A stretch of 62,995 nt of DNA, filler included, from Rhabdomonas costata (GCA_019059605.1; 48 parts of 48 records of this genome joined end to end with filler, not necessarily neighbours in it); one strand, 5' to 3'; positions 12,509 to 25,826 are shown, numbered from the whole stretch's first letter. Made by a program: numbers and translations. Notes: generated from the letters alone by a model not told the origin.

Positions 12509-15500
12509 GTTGGTTGGTGGGTGGATTTCGAGGGTTTCGTCTTTGCGTTTCTGTCTTCGCGTTCTGGATTCGGGTTCTGCCTTTCTGAGTGAGAGGGAGT
12601 GGGTTGGAGTGACGGTCTGGTCACACGTGCACGGCGGGGCCCAAGATCCATTGGACAAGGCACACCAGCACAAGGATAAACGGTACATGCAGGGATGCCA
12701 GGACGCAAGATGTAGTTACTCCGTGTGGGCCGCGGACACGCATGGCGGATTACACACCCTGGCCATCTCTTTTACAAAAAAGCCATCAAGCAGCTGCAAC
12801 CATGCGAACGAGACCGCCGCGGACCTGGACGCCAAGGTGTGGAACGCGCTGTCCACGGCGATGTGGCTGAGGGCGGAGACACCCCTGGTACGGCACGGTA
12901 CGGCAGGGTGCGTGTCCGAGGCGGGTCAGCCGATCCCACCGACGACGACGAGCTGGAGGTTCTGGGCAACAACCATTCCACGCCTGACCCCCGGCCGCCG
13001 ATGGAGGTGGACCACGCTGGCCCCCCGAGACCCCACGCAGAGACACCAACCACCNNNNNNNNNNNNNNNNNNNNNNNNNNNNNNNNNNNNNNNNNNNNTT
13101 AATTAATTAANNNNNNNNNNNNNNNNNNNNNNNNNNNNNNNNNNNNNNNNNNNNTTTTTGTTTTATCGTGTTTGTTTCTTATATGCTTAGTTCACCCCTA
13201 TCTCTCGCGTTCCTTCCTGTAGATTGTTTGTTTTTCGTGTTACACTCTTCCGCTCTCTGATGCCTGTGCCGCAGTGCCGTGATTTTGTCTCAATAACAAC
13301 AACAAAAAGTTAACAGGAAATGCTACCGAGGGGACCGAGCAGGATGGTCACAGTTCGTGCATGAAAAAGCAGTCCACCAGACCATGAGATGATTTTAGAG
13401 GCAAGGCGCGGGTCTGCATTCGCTTGATTGAGCCGAGCCAGGAGCCGAGATGAGAGAAGGGGTGGGAAAGAGGGTGGCAGGGCAGTCATATTGGTTCGCA
13501 CGGTTCCAAAGACAGGAGCGAAGATGAGACATAAAGGTGGAGGAGATGCCTGTACACGCGGTGTGCAGTGTCCGAAGTTGCAGTACATGGTGGAATTTGG
13601 GCATGATGAATACCATAATTGCTTTTGCACATCAGAAACTCTCATTTTGCTTTTAAAAAAGCCCATTTTATTTTTCTTTTTTTATATTGTAAGCGACAAC
13701 CTCAGTCCTGAACGGAGGCAAGGGCAAGGGCGGGCAAGGATAAGAAGGATACAAAAGAGACGTCTTTTATTAGTCATATCAAGTTCACTTGTCAATGCCT
13801 CAATGTTTTACCAACTCAAATAATTAAATGCTTCTTTCCTTTTTCAATTTGATTTATTACGCTTGTGTTTTTGCTTGTTGTGCCTCAACAGGGGGTCTTG
13901 CTTGAAGTGTTGGTAGAGCCCACCCAACATTCGGGTCAGCAGCGGCATCTCTAGCGTTGGGTGTTGGGTTGAGTAAGGTTAGTGCAGTGTGAATACCACG
14001 TAGACGCATCAACACCACCCTAGCATCACAGGTCACCATAGCGCATCGTTAGCCTTGGTGTTGCGTGGTAGCTGCCAGAACCCCAGCCACAACTCAGACA
14101 CAACTCGCACTAACAGTCCCAACCACCAACCCAACTCCGAACCCACGTCCTCCATCCAACCCCACCATCCAACCATCTCACCAACCAACCACCTGACCCA
14201 CGCACCCCAAGGACCAAACTTTCAACCAACATCCAGCCATCTACACCAACGCCAACTCCAACAACACCTTTCAGTGTTGCTGCGAGCGCATCAGTCGCGG
14301 GAGGAATGTTCGTGCTCTTCACTACCGCCAAAACCCCAGCCACCGTCAGCACCACGGCTGCCAACCCCCNNNNNNNNNNNNNNNNNNNNNNNNNNNNNNN
14401 NNNNNNNNNNNNNTTAATTAATTAANNNNNNNNNNNNNNNNNNNNNNNNNNNNNNNNNNNNNNNNNNNNGTTTTTTGGGGTCACTTGTGTGCTGTTGGTG
14501 TTGGTGACGGCTGGTGCATGGAAGGTGGGTGGTGCGTGTGGGTGACGTGGGGGTGGGTCGAGTGTTGATAGTATGGTTCTGAATTCGTGGTTCCGTTGTT
14601 GATTTGGGTTTCCCCGCTACTGTGGGTGCCACAGGTTGGCCCAGGTAGCATGACTCTGTTGGTGGAGTAGTGAAACTAGTAGTGCCGTGTAGATGTCCCA
14701 AAGTCGACCTGATGTGGGCATGCGAAACCCACCGTAGGGGATAATCAATCCATAAGAGACCCCGAAACCACAAACACAACTTGACCCCTTCCTCCGAACA
14801 AAACCATGCACCTCCCTCCAACCATCCTGACCAACCTAGCATGACAACGGAAGACGAATCAACAGTCCAGAATACAGCCCCGGTGATTTTACAACATGAC
14901 AACATCAAACCACAGCCCTCGACAGCATCACTCACCTATGGACCCACTCTCCACGCATCGAACCCTAGCCCAACTACAACCCGACCCATTGTATGTAAAC
15001 CACTAAGACCGAATTTCTGACCCAGAATGGAGCCTTCCAATGCGCAGCTTTGGGGCATATTTGCGTAGGGTATTGGTAAGCTGTGGTTTGAGCGCGGGAC
15101 CGCCACGGGTAGTGGGGATGTCAACTGCTCTGCACCCTATTTCGGCCTACGCCCCTACGGAACTGTATGCCTCCGTACCTTTCGCTGGTGCCGTTTATGA
15201 GCCAAATGGTGGCAATAGGTGCGAAGTGGAGGCCGTAGAGTCCGACATGCAGTGTGGAAGCGGAGCGTTGACTGACCTGTTTCTTTCCGTTAAACAATAA
15301 AACCGTCCAACGCGGGCAAACTTGGTTAAAGATCTTGGGCCCCGGCCTCGGAAACGGGCGCAACAGCTGTTAACCAAGCGCAGGTACCGTATGCCGGCCA
15401 TCTCTGTTGTTTTGGTACGTTGTTCCCTTGACCAGCCTCATGGTGACAAAGGCGAAACCAAAACAAAGGGGCAGGGAACTGATGGAACACCCGGAAAGCT

Positions 15501-15964
15501 TTGGGCAAAGACACACAAGACAGAAGGGCAAATTTTTTTAATAATTTGGCGTAGTGGAATTATGGGGACCCCCCTATCAAGTGTATTTTTGGAACTCCCT
15601 GTTTTCGGTGTATTTTGCTGACGCACGGTGATATTTCGATGTAATTAAAGGGTTTCCCAGGCAGGTAAGTGGGGTTTCTCACGNNNNNNNNNNNNNNNNN
15701 NNNNNNNNNNNNNNNNNNNNNNNNNNNTTAATTAATTAANNNNNNNNNNNNNNNNNNNNNNNNNNNNNNNNNNNNNNNNNNNNAAACTGTTCACTTTGAG
15801 GTGCACAGAGTCATAACTTTTTGATGTTTGCGTGGAATACTCTCACTTTTGAGATGAAACGCGTCATACCTGTCATCCGATTGTCACGTTTACTGCCCTT
15901 TCCCCTGCTTTTCGCTTCGCGGTTCTGTCGGTTCTGAACCCTGTGCATATGTGTATGTACACAG

Positions 15965-16095
15965 GTGTACGTGTACGACCCTGCGAAGTTCGAGGAGACG
16001 CTTCGGTTGTGTGACAAGACCAGCAAGTACGGGCTGACCGGCGCGGTTTTCGCCCAGGAGCGCGCTGCCGTTATCAAGGCCTCAGCCATCCTGAG
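15965..16095 (+). CDS. ALDH4A1: Delta-1-pyrroline-5-carboxylate dehydrogenase, internal exon
   Basis: AG/GT-bounded exon VYVYDPAKFEETLRLCDKTSKYGLTGAVFAQERAAVIKASAILR, matching the ALDH4 C-terminal YGLTGAVF region. Confidence 0.88.
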
Positions 16096-18405
16096 GTCTG
16101 TAGGGGGCAAGGGGAGGGTGAATTGACTCAAAGTCATCGGCAAAAGGTTGTGCTTCTGGCGATCATACATTGGTGCACCCAGTGTGTCCTGGGGAAAACC
16201 TGAGCAACACATCTCATGTGCTAACAGCTTTCCCAGACCACAGCGAGGTGACTGAAGGCAGTGGGGAAAGGGCGCAACAAAATCCTGCTGACGCCGAGCA
16301 CGGCACACACGCATCTCACAATTCAAAAGTCAAAGTGCTATCGAAGGACCGAGGCAGCAATTTATCATGAACCAGCGTTGCGATGTGCCCCGCTTACAAC
16401 TTGCTGTGTTTCGAATGGCGTTGCTTCGCGGAAAGGAAAAGCGAAAGCCAGGGTAAGTTGAGCAGCCTTCGCGCATCTAAATGTTCTTCGCACGCTCAGA
16501 AAAATCAGTTTTTCCTGTTCTGACAGAAGTTGCAAACCACAGCATTCCACATTGCACGGCTAGTCCCGCTCCACAAGGTGCACAAGGAACTCCGTCTTCG
16601 GTTCCCACGGCCTTTATATATTGTCCGCATCACCTCAAAAATTCACAACCGGAAAGTAGTCCACCGGAAAACTTGCTTTTTTGCCCTAAAAGGCTAAAAA
16701 AAAAGGGGGGGGGGGCTCCCTGTTCTTTGCGTGTCTACCCCTACTCTTACTTTTGAGATGACACGGGCAATATACGAAGACAAAGCTTGTTTGGGTTCGT
16801 CTGGCGGTGCCCCGAGCGCACCAAAGACGGAGGAAAGGCCCTCGTCGTGCAGCTGTCGTGCTTCTCACCGTTACTCAAAACCCTGATGACCGGTGCACAG
16901 CAACGACGGGTGACTTCCGAATATGAGCCACTCCCTGTGTGTTTGACTCTCACAGGTACAGCGCAGGTAACTTCTACATCAACAACAACANNNNNNNNNN
17001 NNNNNNNNNNNNNNNNNNNNNNNNNNNNNNNNNNTTAATTAATTAANNNNNNNNNNNNNNNNNNNNNNNNNNNNNNNNNNNNNNNNNNNNGGGGTTGGGG
17101 GGAGGGCGGGAGAGGTCTCAGAACAACAGCAAGCTTTGCATGGGGTTGATAAACAAGTCCTGTCTCTTTCAAATGCGTCTTAGGAGCGAACTGGATAATT
17201 TTGAAGTGGTAAAGAACACGGATTGGGAGATGAGCAACAAAAAACGCGAGTGGGGACGTGATACACCGAAACACAGGTTAGGGGGGCTGGCAGGTGTAAC
17301 CCCAATCCTGCACTCCTCAAACCGACACTCAGAATTCCATACCATACAAAATACAAAATACAATGCGGGCACTAATAAAGTGATCAAGCTCAAAGAGTTC
17401 TTTTGGGATTTACCGCTGAGCTTCCGTAGCAGAAAAATCCTTCATCGTTAAAGACGAGATTACGAAATATTGCCCGTGCCACCTCAAAAGTGAGAGTTGG
17501 GAAAGCAACAAAAAAGCACATTTTGGATTCCAGGGGGTTTCGAGATAGTAAAATCGTTTTTTGTAAACCATACCTGCCTAGTTGTTTGTGCATTGGAAGA
17601 TCCGAAATTCAGGTTCCCCTTTCTGAGGTAAGTCGATGTTTCCTGGTGTGCATGTACCATTAGCTGTGATTTTTCGCTCGCTTCTCGCTTTTGATATGGC
17701 GCGGGTCATATATAACCAGACGAGCGGAAAGGCGCGAGTTCCGACCATTGCTGGGAAGTAGCCCAAGCCCACCACGTTGTCCAGCTGGCCAACCCCGGAC
17801 TCCCCACGGGCATACAGCGCCACTCCTGGCAAAGCAAAGATTCAATGACATTGGAGACAATGCAGCACAGGGCATCGGTGCTCTCCGGGAGTGTCCTGAG
17901 AGGTATGATCAGAAGCCCCCCCCCCCAGTCGCCCTTCACAGGGAGCAAATCCTTCTCCCACAGCTCGCTTCGTTTCAGGATGATGTAGGCCTTGACCATC
18001 CTGATCAGGGCTATCCGGAGAGCTGGATTCGCAGAGGACTGCCCCCAAACTGTAAGGGTAACCATGGAACTGCCTGCCAGGGCCTGGCGTTGAAAGGCAT
18101 AACGTCGTTATACGGTCACGGGGCGGTATATGAAAAAGCGATTTTTTGCCAATCCGTTGTCGTTAACGTTGGTCAGAAGGGGGAACTCATTTCTTGCTGG
18201 ACTTTAGCCAATAAAAAAGACACGATTAATTAATGCGGAATCCAGAGGGTAGATTTTCAATACTACGTGGCGATACACATCGAAGCGAAGCATATACACC
18301 ACCGCNNNNNNNNNNNNNNNNNNNNNNNNNNNNNNNNNNNNNNNNNNNNTTAATTAATTAANNNNNNNNNNNNNNNNNNNNNNNNNNNNNNNNNNNNNNN
18401 NNNNN

Positions 18406-18641
18406 GGCGTGAAACCACTTTTGTTCGCCAGGTTGACGTCGGCCTTGTGGTGCAGCAGAAGCTCCGCAGTCTCCCGGTGGCCATTCTGGCAGGCAATGTA
18501 AAGGGGCGTGGCCCCATCTTGCATCGCCAGGTTGACGTCGGCCTTGTGGTGCAGCAGAAGCTCCGCAGTCTCCAGATCACCCCTCTCACAGGCTGAGCGA
18601 AGAGGCGTGGCCCCATTTTTGAGAATGAAGTCGGTATCCGC
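18406..18641 (-). CDS. Ankyrin-repeat protein exon (partial)
   Basis: GATPLRSACERGDLETAELLLHHKADVNLAMQDGATPLYIACQNGHRETAELLLHHKADVN: 33-aa/99-bp periodicity, with an AG acceptor upstream. Confidence 0.95.
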
Positions 18642-19720
18642 CTGAAAAAAGATGCAGAGAAGAAGAACCGCGAGGGTTAGTTAGAAGAGGAGAAGGGTCA
18701 CGGTTAGTAGAGGTCAGAGTTCATCCACAACGGAGTCGAATTTTTCTTTTGCTAAAGGCCGTCCTGCAAATAGTCGTGGAACCTGACCCACAAACATAAT
18801 TGACCCTCTGTTCTTTTTTGAGCAATTTTATGCGATGTTTTTTTAGCTTTCTTCCCAAAATCTGAACTTTGTTTACGCTTGGAATTCTCTTTTATGATTT
18901 CAGTAGAGAAACAACATGGGAATTAAAAAACGGGGGGAAACAAAAACAACATCAAAAACAGAGAAAGAGTAATGTAGAGTGTGCACTGCCCCCGCAGTGT
19001 TTCCAAGATTGTTCCTACCGCTCCTTTACAAGGCTGAGGAGGCCATGCAAGGGAACTTCTCCCGTGCACCAGTTGACTGTTACAGTGGGCGACACTGTCA
19101 CTGCGCATAAAATGTGATTAGTGAGGCCAGAAAACGTGTACGGAGAAGCCAAAACGTGATCAAAAAATATCCTGACCACTTCAACCCATTGGCGCATGCC
19201 CACCCCACTCGAGGCCAAAGGTCGATCTCTATCAAATCCTCTTCCAAGTCCGTAGGTTTTTTCCGGGATCCCTGGATTTCGCGTTTCTTAAACGTTTTCT
19301 TCTCAAACGTTATATTTTTAGGTATTCCCCAACCTTTTCACGTACTCGCGCAATCTCAGTCTGCTTCAGGGTTAGGGCTGGGAATTCCCAAGCCAAGCGT
19401 TCAGGTTCTTCGAGCATTCCTGAATGAGAACATGACATCGATCTTATGTTCTCATATGTTTTCGGCAAATACTTGAGCGTGGGCCCTCCGGTCATCACCT
19501 CACACGTTACAAAAAAAATGCGAACTTCTCTGAATGAAGAGGGCAGCTCCTTTGGTAAGTCCGACCATGAGTCCGCCAAACGCTCCCGACCTGCCTTCAA
19601 AGCAGCAAAAAAAAATCCTCNNNNNNNNNNNNNNNNNNNNNNNNNNNNNNNNNNNNNNNNNNNNTTAATTAATTAANNNNNNNNNNNNNNNNNNNNNNNN
19701 NNNNNNNNNNNNNNNNNNNN

Positions 19721-19790
19721 GTGTTTTTGTGCGGCGTAGATGACGAAGGTGTTGAACTGCGCGCTGAAGGCGAAGGCTAGCACAGGAATG
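19721..19790 (-). CDS. Amino-acid transporter (AAAP/SLC38-like) exon fragment
   Basis: IPVLAFAFSAQFNTFVIY follows a CAG acceptor and resembles the P-x-x-x-FAF-x-x-H/Q-x-N-x-x-x-IY motif. The fragment is short. Confidence 0.6.
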
Positions 19791-21832
19791 CTGCAGGATA
19801 GAAGCCCAGCAGAACTGATATCAGCCTCTTCACTTTCTCTCTTCCTTTCTCATTGTGTGCAAAGGAAATGCAGTACATAGTAACTGTGGGGTTTTTGGTC
19901 TCTCTCCATCTTTTTCCTGCCAAAGTGTTTGTGTGCAATGATGTCACCCTGTCACATCACCTCGCGCTGGTGATGCCGTGCCTTCGGCGACATTTCCACT
20001 TCGCAAAAGTCTATATTTTGTGCTTCTCGTTGTTGTCTTCCTGAGCCCTCAGCTCGGCGAGTATCCCCTTCCGCAGGAAGGTCTACTGCTGTCGCCCTAA
20101 CTCTCTATCAGTGTTTTTGAGAAGTAAAGATTGTCATTCTCTCTCTTCTGCCCTGTCTCGGCATATACGCGCACTAAGAAGGCTAAAGCAGCCTACCCAC
20201 CACCACCACCACCACCAGGCTAAAAAAAGGGGGGGGACAAATATGTCGTCAGCGGCGGAACCTGATGATAAAGTTACCAATCTCCTCGGGCCACAGGGAT
20301 GCACCCTGCAAGTGAGCGAAGAAGTTTGTTCGGAAGGAGCTCAGACCGATGTACACCACAAACGTGACCATCGTCAGCAATCCCAAATGTGAACTTATCG
20401 CGACAGAGCGGATGTGGCTCTGCGAGCATACTGGCCAGATCGCCCTAGAAAGCCACCACCAACACCAAATCCCCCACCCCCCAAAAAAGTGACTCGGATG
20501 ACGTGTGACATAGCTCAGTGATCAACTCATTTATCCCTCGTCCTGATTGGAGTTGCACGGGTTAAAAACACTCATGAAAATACATGCATCGTTGAGATCG
20601 TGATTGCTCATCAGCAAAACGACAAGTATGCGCCCGTACATACGAATGGCCGACAGATATGATTGTCTAATTGCTCTCATAATGGCCTTTTAGGATCATA
20701 CACAATGCAAAAGTTCTCTCTTTCGAACTGTTATCAAGAACAGTAATGCCGTTACCAAGAGATTCATAGCGATGCAACAGGAAAAAGCAAAATCACTGCA
20801 TACAACATCGCCAGCACAATCACAACTTCGCGACGGGCAAGAAGGCTCACAGGGCTGCACCACCACCGCCCGTCCGAAAGCGTCCCGCAGGAGTGGCTCT
20901 GGATAGCTTGATCAAGCTCAAATCTCATCACCGGANNNNNNNNNNNNNNNNNNNNNNNNNNNNNNNNNNNNNNNNNNNNTTAATTAATTAANNNNNNNNN
21001 NNNNNNNNNNNNNNNNNNNNNNNNNNNNNNNNNNNTTGTGTGTGATTTCACTCCCTTCTTTCCACTGCCTCAGCGCGCGCAGTCCGTGCCTGATTCTGGC
21101 TTGATTTCGCTTTTACATTAGTCGCCCCGTTCGGGGTGCAGATGCCTCTCCTCGCGGCTACGTAATGAATGAGCACAAGCCAAAGCTGTTTCCCTTTGTT
21201 TTACCTCTTTCTCCGGTCCAAATCCTGTTGATTGCTCTGCGGAAACACTTCTTTTTGATGCTGAGCTCACCACAACGCATTTTCCAGCCGTTGTCGCCTG
21301 CGATGTTTATTCCAACGGTCACAGCCGACTGCGAACTCACTTGTCCACTGCTGGATTCTGGGACGTTTCGTGACTTCGTCCATCTTCTGAGTGCAAGATC
21401 GCGATGCGGTAATAGGAACGTTTGAGATGGGACTTGAACTTTGCAGCGCGAAAAAGTTTCGTGGGGCCAAACGTGGTGCTTGCAGAAGTGAGAATTTTGG
21501 GACTTTGAACACTTTTTGTTGGTGCAACGTGTTTGGCTTCCTGGTTACGTCCGGTAAGTTTCGTACGACGATTATAACTATTCGGATGATTTCCTTGCAT
21601 TAGGTGGATGCATTCCTTGTAATGTTTTCTTCTTCGCTTTGGCGAAAATCTCCAGCTGTGTTCAGCGTGCCTGAAACGGGAAAATGCATCAGGCTCTAGT
21701 TGTGTGCGTTTCCATCGCAGTCGCTCCTCACTGGCTTACTGTGAGCGTCCGATGGCTTCACTGTCCTGATGGCGTTTTTCGGCCTTAGTCTTGCTTCAGT
21801 CTGAGATTGTTTTGCAAACCATCATCTCTGGA

Positions 21833-22059
21833 ATGTCCTCTGCCAACACTGTCTGCGAAAACGAGGTCTGTGTGCTGACATCCCATCCAGGGCTGCGCAA
21901 GTCCGCTCGCGCAGAGAATTTCGAGGTCCGTCCATGGCCCTACCCTATGCTCAAGGGCGCTGAGGTGCTTTGCAAGACCCTGTTTCTCTCCGTCGATCCC
22001 TACATGAGGTGCATGCTGGACGCTGACCACCCGCAGCTCGGCGAGTATCTCCAGCTTTC
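21833..22059 (+). CDS. NADP-dependent oxidoreductase, prostaglandin reductase 2-like, first exon
   Basis: VLTSHPG...AENF...EVLCKTLFLSVDPYMRC carries the LSVDPYMR signature. Probable GT donor at 22060. Confidence 0.9.
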
Positions 22060-22349
22060 GTGACACCCCAGAAAGGCCCAGTTCTGCAGTTCGATCAGAA
22101 ATGCCAGGTGGGTTGCTACTGAGTGTAGTGGATGACTGACACTAATCTATTCAATACCTGGCTCTGCTCTCGTTGACTCCCCCTTTTCAGGTAACTATTT
22201 CATGACAGCCTTGTAACCGCAAGATCCATCCCCAAACCCCTGCGGAATCNNNNNNNNNNNNNNNNNNNNNNNNNNNNNNNNNNNNNNNNNNNNTTAATTA
22301 ATTAANNNNNNNNNNNNNNNNNNNNNNNNNNNNNNNNNNNNNNNNNNNN

Positions 22350-22489
22350 TTGTTGTGGGCACACACACACATACACACACACACTCACTCTCAAGCACAA
22401 ACTTGGTAACGGTCTGTTCCATCGCTGTTACCAAGTTTGTGCTTGAGAGTGAGTGAGTGTGTGTGTGTATGTGTGTGTGCCAACAACAA
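22350..22489. repeat. Contig-start inverted repeat (fold-back), arms about 60 bp
   Basis: ...CTCTCAAGCACAAACTTGGTAAC pairs with GTTACCAAGTTTGTGCTTGAGAG. Confidence 0.93.
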
Positions 22490-23279
22490 CAAATCAGGTG
22501 TGGAGAACAAGCAGCACAAGGACACGCCACACCACACCACGCCAAGGCGCAATGTGTGTGTCCTCCACTCCGCGAGGAGGATCCCACAACGACTTGCAAA
22601 CCGATACTATTCCCATTGCCCGCGCTCTGGGGCCTAGTCTGTGCAGGTTTTGCCTCAGCGGTTGGCTGGGTAGACTTCCCTTCCTTGTAAATACTAGTGT
22701 GTTTGTGTGTTGAGGTTTTCCCCCATCTCTTTGTCGTGTTTCCTCAGCTCCCAAGCACTGCATTCTGTTGCGCACTTTATTGAGGGACGTGGCTCGCCTT
22801 GTGTTTATACAGCCTACACTTCGATTCCTCCCATCACCCAGGGGGCTTCATTTCTGAGCCTCCCCCCCCCCCGGTGGCTATCTCAGTTCCTCGAGCACCC
22901 TTCTCATGGTCCCAGGGGCGACCTCCTCAACCATTCCACTTTTTTTGCGCAGCCTTCGCGTCTCTGTGCTACTCCAACTGTCGCGACGTGGAGCAGTGAG
23001 GTCTTCATGTTTTTTCTAAAAGGTCAGTAATTAAATGCGCGCATGCGAACAATTCATGTGGGGAATCTTCTAGCGAAATAAAAGAATCCCCAGAAGACCT
23101 CCGGACCGCCACCGCGAAAGAAAAGGGACAGTGCCTGAGCGTGCGTACCCACGGGGACGCGGGCCTGAACACTGTGCCTGTGTGGTATCGGCCGCGATGA
23201 TGAGCAACCAAAACGCAATGCAAAGCTTAGTGGCATCGGGAAATCAATCACCCGAAAAATCACCCGAAAAGCGGATGAC

Positions 23280-23416
23280 CTGTACTCGTCCCAGGTGCGG
23301 TACAGCGTCGCGGCGAGCTGGGAGGTAAAGAGGTTCTGCCCCACGGCGAAGCATTCCGCAACATCCTCCAGGCGCATCGGACGCAGTAGGAACTGCTGGC
23401 CATCAATGAGGACCAG
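23280..23416 (-). CDS. GNAT-family acetyltransferase exon
   Basis: FLLRPMRLEDVAECFAVGQNLFTSQLAATLYRTWDEY shows the GNAT start motif (RPMxxED) plus LYRTWDE. AG/GT bounded. Confidence 0.75.
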
Positions 23417-24689
23417 CTGCGCGCAACGCACGTGCGTAACGTGTGAGAGGTTGTTTTTCACAGTGTAATAACCAAAGCCCTAAAAGAAATGCCCATAATC
23501 TGCCGAAAAACCGCAAAATACACGGCATCTGAAGGAGATACCCCCGCCCCCCCCCCCCCCCCCCNNNNNNNNNNNNNNNNNNNNNNNNNNNNNNNNNNNN
23601 NNNNNNNNTTAATTAATTAANNNNNNNNNNNNNNNNNNNNNNNNNNNNNNNNNNNNNNNNNNNNGGTTGTTTTGATAGCAGTCGAAAAATTGGACTGAGC
23701 CTGGACATTGGTTATGCTGAAGTCGGAGGTTTGAGTGCAAGGTTCGGCTAGTATTTGAATGCTTAGACCCCAGGTGGGTTGGAACAAGTCTTCGGTTTTT
23801 TAAGCGTGTACCTTTGTGTGACTTTTGACCACCCGAGAGACTCAACACAGTGAAGGGGGCGTTTTTTCCATGGTGGTTCTTAAGGGGCGCGTTTCCTTTA
23901 AAGGGCTGGAATTCTTTCTCAGTGCTTCGAAAGCCCCTTCATGAAAACATATGGAGAAGGCCTTCTTGGAATTCGCAGCGTTTATTTCAGCTTTCGGACA
24001 CTCCATTTTTAGGTTATGCTCATTCGAAAGTGAATAACCTGGAGTTGTGACGGAGTGGAAAAAGGAGGAGAGACCTGATAGTCTGATCTTCGTCAACGAA
24101 GAACCGCTGTGGAAGGTAAGAAATTGCCTGAAGGAGTGCACACCTGCCTGTAGGCACAAATTTGCAAGCACACTCGGAGTTTCTTTGGGTCATTGCCCTC
24201 CTTGGTACCCGCACCCTGTTGGTGCACAGGATATGGCCGTTAAATTCGTCTTCGGAGCTGGTGGGCCCATCCGCGCCCTGCCCCAGCCCCAGCCTGGGCT
24301 CTGGCTTCCTTGCCTTCTTCGAGAGCATGGCTCGGCTCAGCAAAAACCTGGACGAGGAGGGGCGGTATGCCATCCCACTGAAATCCCGCCTTACTACCCC
24401 CGCATGGGGATTCCCTCACTTGCAGCCCCGGCCTGTCTATTTTTTTGGGGGGTCTCTGTCCGAATCAGGGCAGAGAAATTTTGATGGAGGGAAATTGCCG
24501 CTGCACTCACAGGAGCGGTGTGCAAGTGGGTGGACGGTGTGCCATCCCATAGTTCTTTCTCTTGTTAGAACCCAAGCCCGAGGTAAACTAAGTGACAAAA
24601 CAGACGGTCCTTTCAAACTGAAGTTTCACCGCCCTCTCTCAGGTCACTTTATATTTTTCGCATCACCCCTTCTATTTTCCCTCCTTCCA

Positions 24690-24879
24690 ATGTCTGAACC
24701 CCTACCTGCTTGGGCGCAGCAGCTCTTCGGGCCGCTCATGGCCTCTGTCCAACGCTTGCAAGAGCAGCAGCAACACCTGCAGGAGCGCTTCGAAGCCCTC
24801 ACCCTTGGGACTCCCACACCCACTCTTCTCGAGGCTCCCACTGCCGAAGCCCTGCAGCTCCTCCTCATCCACCCCCCCC
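24690..24879 (+). CDS. N-terminus of a hypothetical protein with a short coiled coil
   Basis: ATG after a pyrimidine tract; MSEPLPAWAQQLFGPLMASVQRLQEQQQHLQERFEAL. Truncated by the contig end. Confidence 0.45.
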
Positions 24880-24979
24880 NNNNNNNNNNNNNNNNNNNNN
24901 NNNNNNNNNNNNNNNNNNNNNNNTTAATTAATTAANNNNNNNNNNNNNNNNNNNNNNNNNNNNNNNNNNNNNNNNNNNN

Positions 24980-25230
24980 TGTTGGTGTGTGCACGGCCGG
25001 TGCTGACGCAGAAGACCCCTTCACCGGTTCTCCTCCCCGCAAGAAGAAAGCGCGGCAATCCTCACGCATGGCCACATGACCTCCCGGACACACCGCCCGC
25101 TTACTCCTGATGTCTCAGCATCCGCGGTGAGTACCAGAAGCCGCACCGGGCACACCCATGACGTCCCCAACTCGCACGGAGGAGAACCGGTGAAGGGGTC
25201 TTCTGCGTCAGCACCGGCCGTGCACAGACC
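24980..25230. repeat. Contig-start inverted repeat, arms 24980-25036 and 25178-25230
   Basis: TGTGCACGGCCGGTGCTGACGCAGAAGACCCCTTCACCGGTTCTCCTCC and its exact reverse complement. Confidence 0.95.
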
Positions 25231-25377
25231 GTACAGCAACAAGGCGTACAACACAGCAACGTCCGCTAGACTGGTGAGGATGCGGCCAACGTCTGCAAAC
25301 ACAACCCAGTACAAAGGGCAACCGCTCCATCCTCCCGTCTCTGTTCTAAAGCCACAACGTGCCGGAAAGATTCAGGC

Positions 25378-25502
25378 CCACAGCAAACATCGCCCGAGCG
25401 CTGCCCCCCTCTGCAGCACGCTGCAGCCACTGAAGCACGGTGTGTTCCACCTCGTGGGAGTCTGGGCCACAGTCTTCGCCAAGGCCTCCATCCGGCGGCC
25501 TC
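25378..25502 (-). CDS. Sel1-like repeat exon
   Basis: VLQWLQRAAEGGSARAMFAVG fits the Sel1 pattern W-x-x-x-AA-x-x-G-x-x-x-A-x-F-x-L/V-G. Boundaries approximate. Confidence 0.55.
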
Positions 25503-25826
25503 CTTGACACCCCATCCCCACCTCCAGCGTCAGGACTCGCTGGGCTTCCGCTGAGTTTGAGAAAATCCCAAAACACAAAAACCCACGAACGAAGAGGCGA
25601 GAGAAAAAAGCTGTTGCTTTTTTCCATGGCAGCCGCAATTGGGCGAATAAAAGGTTAATTGAGCATCGAAAGATATCGCGCTCAGCCGAAGAATTGAGCA
25701 TCAAAAACCACGTGCCACCGAAAAAGAAAAGAGAGGAGTTGGGAGTTGGGAGGTGAGAACGAAAAAGGGTGCTGGCGAAAACAGCATTGCATGTCGAGGA
25801 GAGAAATCCTCAAAAGAAAGCGAATC

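Noticed and set aside
12581..12595. Euglenid spliced-leader-like CTTTCTGAGTG
   Set aside because: Only an 11-nt match; the rest of the leader and the donor site are absent.
17838..17901. LRR-like peptide FNDIGDNAAQGIGALRECP
   Set aside because: A single imperfect unit with no clear acceptor site.
23543..23564. Poly-C run as a G-quadruplex or regulatory element
   Set aside because: It lies at a contig end, so it is likely a primer or sequencing artefact.
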